DNA from: Alistipes sp.
GTDB lineage: Bacteria; Bacteroidota; Bacteroidia; Bacteroidales; Rikenellaceae
DNA: 64,000 nucleotides
Assembly: GCA_017408825.1 (NCBI GenBank)
Contig: JAFQTX010000027.1
Location: forward strand, 39,406-103,405
Direction: 5' to 3'
In this document: positions 56,789 to 64,000 of the stretch, piece after piece
Layout: each line of letters opens with the position of its first letter
How positions within the stretch are numbered: position 1 is the first letter of the stretch
Translations under genes and position numbers: made by a program
The notes under the pieces: model-generated
The model's input: the letters and a program-made list of their open reading frames with translations, nothing else
Told to the model about the DNA's origin: nothing
The model's database searches: none

Positions 56789-58402
56789 ATGGCAGATTTC
56801 ATCTATCAGGAGCCGTTCCCTATCCAGCAGGATAAGACGGAGTATCGCCTTCTCACGAAGGATTACGTTAAGGTTGTAGAGTGCGACGGACGTAAGATTT
56901 TGAAGGTAGACCCTAAGGGTCTTGAGCTTTTGGCCAAGGAGGCATATAGCGACGTATCGTTCTACTTGCGTGCCTCGCACCTTCAGAAGTTGGCCAACAT
57001 CCTCGAGGATCCCGAGGCTACTGACAACGATAAGTTCGTGGCATATACCATGCTTATGAACCAGTGCGTAGCTGCCGAGGGCGAGTTGCCTACGTGTCAG
57101 GATACAGGTACCGCTATCTGTATCGGCCATAAGGGCGAGGATGTATATACAGGTGCTAACGACGCTGAGTGCATCTCACGTGGTGTCTACGAGACTTATA
57201 AGGAGCGTAACTTGCGCTACTCTCAGGTTGTGCCATTCACTATGACCGAGGAGAAGAACTCAGCAACCAACCTCCCAGCGCAGATCGACATCTACGCAGG
57301 TCACCCCGGCATGGAGTACGAGTTCTTGTTCATCACCAAGGGTGGTGGCTCAGCAAATAAGACCTTCCTCTATCAGCAGACTAAGGCCCTTCTGAACGAG
57401 GAGTCATTGACCAAGTTCATCAAGGAGCATATCCTCGACCTCGGTACTTCGGCATGTCCTCCTTATCACCTCGCAATATGTATCGGTGGTACATCGGCCG
57501 AGATGTGTCTCTCGACCGTTAAGAAGGCTTCGGCGGGCTACCTCGACGAGCTTCCAACATCGGGCAACGAGGGTGGTCGTTGTTTCCGTGACCTCGAGTG
57601 GGAGGCTAAGGTTGAGAAGATCTGCCAGGAGATAGGCCTCGGCGCACAGTTTGGTGGTAAGTACTATGTTCACGACGTACGTGTGATCCGTGCACCACGT
57701 CACGCAGCATCGTGCCCTGTAGCCATCGGCGTAAGCTGCTCTGCAGACCGTAATATCAAGGCTAAGATCACTCCTGAGGGTATCTTCATCGAGCAGCTCG
57801 AGAAGAATCCTGCACGTTTTCTCCCAGCTCAGGCCCCAGCAATGTCGCCTGCCGTAGACATCGACCTCGACGAGGGTATGGATCGTGTACGTGAGATCTT
57901 GTCGCAGTATCCTATCAAGACACGCCTTAACCTTAAGGGTACATTGGTGGTGGCTCGTGATATCGCTCACGCTCGCATCAAGCAGATGCTCGACGAGGGC
58001 AAGCCTATGCCTGAGTACTTCAAGAAGCACCCTGTATACTACGCAGGTCCTGCTAAGACCCCTGCGGGTATGGCTTCAGGCTCATTTGGCCCAACTACCG
58101 CAGGCCGTATGGACTCATACGTAGACCTCTTCCAGAAGGCTGGTGGCTCTATGGTTATGGTGGCTAAGGGCAACCGCTCGCAGCAGGTTACCGATGCTTG
58201 TAAGGCTAACGGTGGCTTCTACCTCGGCTCTATCGGTGGTCCTGCGGCAATCCTTGCCAAGAACTCCATCAAGAGCGTTGAGGTTGTCGATTTCGAGGAG
58301 CTCGGCATGGAGGCTGTACGTAAGATCTATGTTGAGAACTTCCCTGCTTTCATCATTGTTGATGATAAGGGTAATGATTTTTTTGCTGACTTCGCTCATT
58401 AA
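56789..58402 (+). CDS. fumA: Class I fumarate hydratase
   Basis: [33 protein letters not shown]. Confidence 0.95.
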   Translation: MADFIYQEPFPIQQDKTEYRLLTKDYVKVVECDGRKILKVDPKGLELLAKEAYSDVSFYLRASHLQKLANILEDPEATDNDKFVAYTMLMNQCVAAEGELPTCQDTGTAICIGHKGEDVYTGANDAECISRGVYETYKERNLRYSQVVPFTMTEEKNSATNLPAQIDIYAGHPGMEYEFLFITKGGGSANKTFLYQQTKALLNEESLTKFIKEHILDLGTSACPPYHLAICIGGTSAEMCLSTVKKASAGYLDELPTSGNEGGRCFRDLEWEAKVEKICQEIGLGAQFGGKYYVHDVRVIRAPRHAASCPVAIGVSCSADRNIKAKITPEGIFIEQLEKNPARFLPAQAPAMSPAVDIDLDEGMDRVREILSQYPIKTRLNLKGTLVVARDIAHARIKQMLDEGKPMPEYFKKHPVYYAGPAKTPAGMASGSFGPTTAGRMDSYVDLFQKAGGSMVMVAKGNRSQQVTDACKANGGFYLGSIGGPAAILAKNSIKSVEVVDFEELGMEAVRKIYVENFPAFIIVDDKGNDFFADFAH

Positions 58403-58409
58403 AATTGTA

Positions 58410-58640
58410 TAGCGAGGTTATTTCGGCGTCTTGCTTGCTTGCGAAATCCTCACATACGCTAAGTATGCTGCGGTTTCGCAAGCGGCGACAAGCCGTCAAA
58501 CTAACCCCACTCTCCAATTTTAATTATGCTTTTGGTAGCGAGGTTATTTCGGCTTTATTTCTGCTTGCGTGATGCTTACATACGCTAAGTATGCTGCGGT
58601 TTCGCAAGCGGCGACAAGCCGTCAAACTAACCCCACTCTC
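58410..58640. repeat. Two tandem copies (about 105 bp) of a palindromic REP/MITE-like element
   Basis: 58410-58514 and 58536-58640 share TAGCGAGGTTATTTCGGC and ACATACGCTAAGTATGCTGCGGTTTCGCAAGCGGCGACAAGCCGTCAAACTAACCCCACTCTC. Confidence 0.9.
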
Positions 58641-58643
58641 GGG

Positions 58644-58763
58644 GAGATTAAGGAGATTAGAGAGGTTAAGGAGTTTAGAGAAATTAAAGAGTTTAGGGAG
58701 GTTAGTGTCTATGATGTTCACTAAATTCCCTAACTTCACTAAACACTCTACTCCTCACTAAAG
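58644..58763. repeat. Inverted array of 9-nt units (GAGWTTARR x7, then complementary units)
   Basis: GAGATTAAG GAGATTAGA GAGGTTAAG GAGTTTAGA GAAATTAAA GAGTTTAGG GAGGTTAGT ... ACTAAATTC CCTAACTTC ACTAAACAC. Confidence 0.8.
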
Positions 58764-58852
58764 CTTACAGCCTCGTTCCACATACACGGGGCCAACAATA
58801 AAACGCCACACCGAGGCGTTTGACAAGTATCGGAGTGTTAAGACTATTTAGT

Positions 58853-60721
58853 ATGAATAGAGTACGACATCTTTTACTTGTGCTTGTGATGTTGCTATCT
58901 TCGTGGACATCGTGGGCGCAGGTCACATTTAGGGCTGATGCACCACTACTCGTCTCGATGGACGAGCGTGTGCGTGTGGAGTTTACCGTAAACAAGGAGC
59001 CCGACGGCGACAACACATTCCAGGCACCAACGTTCGAGGGCTTTAACATCCTTGCAGGACCAAGTGTGGCCACAGGTATGGAGGTGCAGTGGATAAACGG
59101 CCATCAGACATCGAGCTATAGCCGCACCTACACCTTTATCCTCAAGCCTCAGTCGGCAGGCAAGCACAAAATTGGTGCTGCGTCTATCGTTGTGGGTGGC
59201 AAGAAGTACACAACAAAGCCACTACCAATAGAGGTTATCGACGAGAGTGCCGGCGCACAGCAAAGGCCATCTATAACACCTAACACACAACCCGCAACCG
59301 CAAAGCCCGAGGCTAAAAAACAGGAGAAACAGCGTGATAAGAGCATCACGTCGGATGATATATTCATCGTGCTAAACACCTCTAAACGTGAGGTTTATAA
59401 GGGTGAGGCGCTTACGGCAACACTAATGCTCTATACACGTGTGGGCTATCCCGATGTGAGAGGCTTCGACCTCCCGCTGTTCAACGACTTCTGGACGCAG
59501 GAGCTTCCCACACAGAACCAGCGTTCACGTGCCGAGTATAATGGCCGTGTATATGACATCTATCGTCTTGCTGAGTATATCGTAGCGCCACAGCGTACTG
59601 GCGAACTAACCATAACTCCCGCCGAGCTAAATGTTGTAATACAGGTGGTTACGCAAAACGAAGATCCCAATGCGAGCTTCTTCCACGCTGGCCCGCAGGT
59701 AAGCCTCGTAAACCGTAAGCTACGTTCAGCGCCAGTAAGCATCAAAGTACGTGAGTTCCCCGAGGGTGCTCCCTCGTCGTTCAATGGCGCTGTGGGTAAG
59801 TTCACTATGTCGAGCAAGGCACCTGAGGCGACGATGAGTGCTAATAGCTCGAATGAGATAACGGTAACAATATCGGGAAGTGGTAACCTTAAGTTTATCA
59901 CGGCACCAAAACTGAAGCTCCCAGAGTCGTTCGAGCTATACGATACGAAGGTGGTGGACAACATCCGCACCTCGGCGCAGGGGGCATCTGGCAGCATCAC
60001 ATATAGCTATCCATTTGTTGCACGTGCTGCTGGCGAGTATAGGCTCGAGCCGCTGGTATTCAGCTATTTTGACCTCGATGCTAAGGAGTATAAGACTCTT
60101 TCGACAGAGCCATTTACCGTCACCGTGTCGAACGATGGCTCGGTGGCTGCATCATCGACCAAGGCGCAGCGCAACTACTCCGATTATGGTGGCCATATGA
60201 AGCAGCTCGATCGTGATATTCGCTTCATACACACCGATGTGTTGGCTACACGTGCCTCATCGCTATTTATCTTCTCGCCCCTATATTGGCTACTTATCGT
60301 GCTGAGCATCACCATCTTCATCGTGGTCTATGTCCTTATGCGCAAACGTATCCTCGAGAATCGCAACATCGTGGCTCGTCGTATGCGTCAGGCCGATAAG
60401 ATCGCCGTGCAGCGTCTACGTATGGCCGAGCGCTCGATGAAGGAGGGCAACCGCCACGCCTTCTACGAGGAGATGCTACGTGCCATGTGGGGATATATCA
60501 GCGACAAGTTCAATATTCCGGTGTCGAACCTCACTAAGGAGACCATACGTGAGGAGTTGTATCGTCGTGGTGTCACGGCGGCCGATGCCGAGCAGTTCTG
60601 CGAGATTATCTCTCGCTCGGACGAGGCCCAGTATGCCCCCTCTACCGAGAGCGATATGGGTGAGGTCTATGGTGATGCCGTAGCGGTAATTTCGAAGATT
60701 GAGTCGATAGTAAAACGTTAG
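58853..60721 (+). CDS. batD: BatD family protein
   Basis: Signal peptide, FNILAGPS, GAVGKF, ISGSGNL, late TM helix, FYEEMLRAMWGYISDKF; followed by batE. Confidence 0.88.
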   Translation: MNRVRHLLLVLVMLLSSWTSWAQVTFRADAPLLVSMDERVRVEFTVNKEPDGDNTFQAPTFEGFNILAGPSVATGMEVQWINGHQTSSYSRTYTFILKPQSAGKHKIGAASIVVGGKKYTTKPLPIEVIDESAGAQQRPSITPNTQPATAKPEAKKQEKQRDKSITSDDIFIVLNTSKREVYKGEALTATLMLYTRVGYPDVRGFDLPLFNDFWTQELPTQNQRSRAEYNGRVYDIYRLAEYIVAPQRTGELTITPAELNVVIQVVTQNEDPNASFFHAGPQVSLVNRKLRSAPVSIKVREFPEGAPSSFNGAVGKFTMSSKAPEATMSANSSNEITVTISGSGNLKFITAPKLKLPESFELYDTKVVDNIRTSAQGASGSITYSYPFVARAAGEYRLEPLVFSYFDLDAKEYKTLSTEPFTVTVSNDGSVAASSTKAQRNYSDYGGHMKQLDRDIRFIHTDVLATRASSLFIFSPLYWLLIVLSITIFIVVYVLMRKRILENRNIVARRMRQADKIAVQRLRMAERSMKEGNRHAFYEEMLRAMWGYISDKFNIPVSNLTKETIREELYRRGVTAADAEQFCEIISRSDEAQYAPSTESDMGEVYGDAVAVISKIESIVKR

Positions 60722-60724
60722 CCT

Positions 60725-61543
60725 ATGTCATCTATTAATAATATAACTAAGGTATTGACCCTTGTGTTGGCCATCTTTGGTCTTAACTTTTGTTATGCTT
60801 CGCAGTCGCGTGCTGAGGCCGAGGCCGAGTGGCAGCGAGCTCTTGACGCCTATACCAATAAGGAGTATCAGGCGGCAGTCGAGGCCTTGGAGCATATTGT
60901 GGAGCTCGACGAGTCTACGGCCGATGTCTACTATAACCTCGGTAACGCCTACTACAAGCTTGGTCAGCAGGGTGATGGCGCCGCCTTCGCCTCGGGCGAG
61001 ATAGGACGTGCCATATTGAACTATCGTCGTGCGCTACGCCTTGACCCCTCGATGGAGGATGCAAGCTATAACCTCGACTTGGCCATCGACCATACCAACG
61101 ATGTTGAGCCTCTGCCCCAGGGTGTTGTCGCCTCGATGTGGAGTGCTACAAGCGGCGTTATGTCGTCAAACGGCTGGGCGATATGCTCTGTTGTATTCTT
61201 TGTGCTTACACTCGCCCTGGCGCTGGTATATATGCTCTCTAATCGTATAGCCCTACGCAAGGTGGCCTTCTTTGTGGCAATAGCGACATTTGTCGTGTCA
61301 CTCTTTAGCACCATCTTCGCCCTCTCGCAGCGTGCAATATATGAGGATAGCGATGAGGCCGTGGTGATATGCAACACAACGACCTCGGTGCATGCATCAC
61401 CTGATGCTACCTCAAAGGTTATACGCCAGCCAAGCTCGGGTGTCAGCGTTCGTATCCTGCGCAGCTTCGGCGACTGGAGCGAGATAGAGTTTGCCGATGG
61501 CGAGAAGGGGTGGATTACAAACAACGATATCGAGCGAGTGTAG
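60725..61543 (+). CDS. batE: BatE (TPR, TM, SH3-like)
   Basis: YYNLGNAYYK, GRAILNYRRAL, two TM helices, WSEIEFADGEKGW. Confidence 0.88.
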   Translation: MSSINNITKVLTLVLAIFGLNFCYASQSRAEAEAEWQRALDAYTNKEYQAAVEALEHIVELDESTADVYYNLGNAYYKLGQQGDGAAFASGEIGRAILNYRRALRLDPSMEDASYNLDLAIDHTNDVEPLPQGVVASMWSATSGVMSSNGWAICSVVFFVLTLALALVYMLSNRIALRKVAFFVAIATFVVSLFSTIFALSQRAIYEDSDEAVVICNTTTSVHASPDATSKVIRQPSSGVSVRILRSFGDWSEIEFADGEKGWITNNDIERV

Positions 61544-61546
61544 TCT

Positions 61547-62140
61547 ATGTCTAAGCTGTTGGACAACGTATGCTCTGAGTTGCAGCGCCTGCCTGGCATA
61601 GGTCGCCGCACGGCACTGCGCTTAGCTATGCATATCCTGCGCATGGATACCGAGAGTGTCGATTCGCTATCGGAGAGTATCGCTCGCTTTCGTCACGATA
61701 TACGCTACTGCCGTAGCTGTAATAACCTCTCGGACGAGGCGCTGTGTCCTATTTGTAGTGACCCTCGCCGCGACCGTTCGACGATATGTGTCGTTGAGCA
61801 GGTAGGAGATCTGCTATCTATCGAGAATACAGGGCAATACCACGGTATGTATCACGTGCTTGGAGGCGTGATCTCACCTATGCAGGGCATAGGCCCTTCG
61901 GACCTGAAGATCGACCTGCTGTGCGACAAGCTTCTCACGGGCGAGGTTAAGGAGGTGATCATCGCAATATCAACCTCGGTCGAGGGCGAGACCACGCTCT
62001 TCTACCTTATGAGCCGCCTCAAGGCCTTCCCCGATGTCAAGGTTACGACCATAGCTCGTGGTATTGGCTTTGGCGATGAACTGGAGTATGTCGATGAACT
62101 CACAATCACTCACGCACTTATGAACCGCCGTGAGGTGTAG
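61547..62140 (+). CDS. recR: Recombination mediator RecR
   Basis: LPGIGRRTALR, C4 zinc finger, YHVLGGVISP, TOPRIM EGETT, ELEYVD. Confidence 0.97.
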   Translation: MSKLLDNVCSELQRLPGIGRRTALRLAMHILRMDTESVDSLSESIARFRHDIRYCRSCNNLSDEALCPICSDPRRDRSTICVVEQVGDLLSIENTGQYHGMYHVLGGVISPMQGIGPSDLKIDLLCDKLLTGEVKEVIIAISTSVEGETTLFYLMSRLKAFPDVKVTTIARGIGFGDELEYVDELTITHALMNRREV

Positions 62141-62202
62141 TGTGCCGAACGTGGGGTGATGTAAAAAAATAGATAAAAAGTTGCTGATTGCCAATTTTTT
62201 AC

Positions 62203-62296
62203 TACCTTTGCAGTCCAAAAGCAGATGTCTATGGGGGTGCGACTGACTATTGCACCTGAGTGACATCGAAGTTAAACTATTAATATTTAAGTATTT
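62203..62296 (+). promoter_or_regulatory. rplY promoter and structured 5' leader
   Basis: TACCTTTG at 62203-62210; nested stems GATGTC/GACATC and GGTGC/GCACC. Confidence 0.55.
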
Positions 62297-62857
62297 ATGA
62301 AGTCAATTCAGATTAACGGTACTGCACGTGCTAACTTCGGTAAGAAGTTCGCAAAGGCAGCTCGTCGTGAGGGTCAGGTACCTTGCATCATCTACGGTGG
62401 TGGCGAGGAGAAGGCATTTACTATCGACGCTAAGGAGCTCAACCAGCTCATCTACACTCCTAACTCGTACATCGTAGAGCTTAACATCGATGGCGTTGTT
62501 GAGAAGGCAGTTATGCGTGAGGTTCAGTATCACCCAGTTCGTGAGCAGGTTCTCCACGTAGATTTCTACCGTGTTCAGGAGGGTAAGCCTGTTGCAGTTA
62601 ATGTTCCTGTACGCCTCACTGGTAACGCTGAGGGTGTTAAGATCGGTGGTAAGCTTCAGCTCTCTGCTCGTAAGCTCACTATCAAGGCTTTGGTTGAGTA
62701 CATTCCAGATGAGATCGTTGTTGATGTTACTCCATTGAAGGTTGGTCAGACTATCTTCGTTGGCGACCTTAAGCGTGAGAACCTCACATTCGTTACTCCT
62801 GCAACTACCGCAGTTTGCGCTGTACGTGTAACACGTGCTTCACGTGCTGCTCAGTAA
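62297..62857 (+). CDS. rplY: 50S ribosomal protein L25/Ctc
   Basis: RREGQVPCIIYG, REVQYHPV..LHVDF, GVKIGG. Confidence 0.96.
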   Translation: MKSIQINGTARANFGKKFAKAARREGQVPCIIYGGGEEKAFTIDAKELNQLIYTPNSYIVELNIDGVVEKAVMREVQYHPVREQVLHVDFYRVQEGKPVAVNVPVRLTGNAEGVKIGGKLQLSARKLTIKALVEYIPDEIVVDVTPLKVGQTIFVGDLKRENLTFVTPATTAVCAVRVTRASRAAQ

Positions 62858-62885
62858 TAGTCCGAACACCAAACCTTAGACTATT

Positions 62886-63449
62886 ATGAAGTATCTTGTT
62901 GTCGGGCTGGGCAACATCGGAATGGAGTATGCCGCAACCCGCCACAACATAGGTTTCAGAGTGTTGGATGCCTTAGCCGAGGCATCCAATATCTCTTTTA
63001 CAACCGTACGTTATGGTGCTATGGCGACACTTAAGCATCGTGGTCGCACGCTGCTACTGTTGAAGCCCTCGACATATATGAACCTCTCGGGAAAGGCTGT
63101 TCGCTACTGGATGGAGCAGGAGCGCATACCTCGTGAGAATCTTCTCGTTATCTCGGACGACATTGCCCTTCCATTTGGTACGTTCCGTATGCGTAAGAAT
63201 GGCTCGGAGGGTGGTCACAACGGTCTGAAGAGTATCACCGAGCTACTTGGTGATAATCAGTATGCACGTCTGCGTTTCGGTGTGGGTGGCGACTTTGCTC
63301 GTGGCCATCAGGTAGACTATGTCCTTGGCGAGTTCTCCGACGAGGAGAATAAGGCTATGCCCGAGCGTCTTAAACTCTTTGGCGATGCCATCCTTTCGTT
63401 TGCCTCGATAGGTGTGGATCGTACTATGAATACGTACAACGGCAAGTAA
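62886..63449 (+). CDS. pth: Peptidyl-tRNA hydrolase
   Basis: GLGNIG..TRHNIGF, KPSTYMNLSG, GGHNGL. Confidence 0.97.
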   Translation: MKYLVVGLGNIGMEYAATRHNIGFRVLDALAEASNISFTTVRYGAMATLKHRGRTLLLLKPSTYMNLSGKAVRYWMEQERIPRENLLVISDDIALPFGTFRMRKNGSEGGHNGLKSITELLGDNQYARLRFGVGGDFARGHQVDYVLGEFSDEENKAMPERLKLFGDAILSFASIGVDRTMNTYNGK

Positions 63450-63484
63450 TTTGTTGTGATAAGGGGTCGATTGCGTCCCCTAAC

Positions 63485-63538
63485 AAAAAATGCCACCAAT
63501 GGGACGTACACCAAGTACTGCCCATCTGTGGCATTTTT
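63485..63538 (+). terminator. Hairpin after pth
   Basis: AAAAATGCCAC..ATGGG...CCCAT..GTGGCATTTTT. Confidence 0.65.
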
Positions 63539-63592
63539 GCCGAGTGTAGCACTCGGTACCCTTCTGACAATAAATTTGGTTGTGGGATTTTT

Positions 63593-63764
63593 TTAGGACC
63601 GTTAGGACCGTTAGGACCATTAGGACCATTACGAGGTCGGGTATCACACATTGTCCGCAACCATCTTAATTGTCTTAAAGGTCTCAAAGGTCTCAATTGT
63701 CTTAATTTTTTTTAGGACCGTTAGGACCATTAAGACCATTAAGACCATTACGAGGTTGGGTATC
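63593..63764. repeat. 9-nt repeat element: forward array, spacer, inverted array, second forward array
   Basis: (TTAGGACCR)x4 TTACGAGGTCGGGTATC ... TTGTCTTAA AGGTCTCAA AGGTCTCAA TTGTCTTAA ... (TTARGACCR)x4 TTACGAGGTTGGGTATC. Confidence 0.88.
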
Positions 63765-63814
63765 GCCGTTGTCTTGCCCGTTGTCTCAGCCGCAGCCATC
63801 CCAGTTGTGCACTC

Positions 63815-64000
63815 TTACCTCTTGTCGGCAGCCTCGCCCACGGCCTTCATAATGCCCACGAGCGTGCCGTTAGAGAGTAGTAGCATATGGTCGGCATCCA
63901 TCTCATAGTGAGTAACGCCCTCGAGCATATCGAAATATGCGGCCTCGGCCTCGTGGTGTGGCGTATAGCGGCGTGTGGTGCCAAGCTCGCCAATCTCGAG
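63815..64000 (-). CDS. C-terminal part of a probable META/HslJ-domain protein (runs off the window)
   Basis: Manual translation LEIGELGTTRRYTPHHEAEAAYFDMLEGVTHYEMDADHMLLLSNGTLVGIMKAVGEAADKR*; META resemblance by eye. Confidence 0.5.
   Translation of the reverse strand, partial: LEIGELGTTRRYTPHHEAEAAYFDMLEGVTHYEMDADHMLLLSNGTLVGIMKAVGEAADKR

Noticed and set aside
45853-57130. Long antisense ORFs (45853-46629, 47340-48023, 56285-57130; likewise 34190-34906) and other short ORFs in the track
   Set aside because: They are shadows of well-supported genes on the opposite strand or in another frame and have no recognisable motifs.
30098-58852. Upstream starts given by the ORF track (30098, 34743, 37376, 43794, 51602, 53573, 58820)
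   Set aside because: They overlap neighbouring genes or promoters; downstream ATGs at 30233, 34773, 37424, 43695, 51662, 53630 and 58853 fit homology and promoter positions better.
63593-63764. CRISPR array (also considered for 19046 and 58410-58763)
   Set aside because: Units are 9 nt tandem repeats or about 105 bp duplicates without unique spacers, and there are no cas genes in the window.
50168-63908. Small ORFs over repeat regions (50168-50443, 58524-58739, 63424-63696, 63651-63908)
   Set aside because: Open frames arise from the 9-nt periodicity (GPNGPN, TIKTIK, LLNLSN); there is no independent evidence of coding.

Overview
Chromosomal segment of a Bacteroidota bacterium, probably Alistipes/Rikenellaceae-like. 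This is inferred from gene content and from TAnnTTTG promoters with A/T-rich, mostly SD-less start regions. Most of it is housekeeping: polA (partial), a CAT-anticodon tRNA, relA/spoT, xseAB, prfA, galE, apt, recG, dnaX, tyrS, folB, class I fumarase, batD/E, recR, rplY and pth. Three blocks stand out. (1) A type V pilus operon (6.2-18.1 kb) next to a fimbrillin-discoidin-CotH kinase lipoprotein. (2) A VTC/DUF4956/DUF2490 operon. (3) Most notably, a compact 8 kb operon of eight intact phage-virion and lysis genes (29.2-37.3 kb) between prfA and galE: two tail-tip-like genes, an HTH-Clp protease, a capsid, a portal, a head-tail adaptor, a holin and an endolysin. It has a host-type promoter and terminator, and the window shows no integrase, att sites, replication, terminase, tail tube or tape measure gene. 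It looks like a domesticated, gene-transfer-agent-like particle system. Smaller signals include an A10 slippage site in dnaX, a MITE-like hairpin family, inverted arrays of 9-nt repeats and an atypical tRNA T-arm. All protein calls come from motif recognition by eye; no database searches were run.
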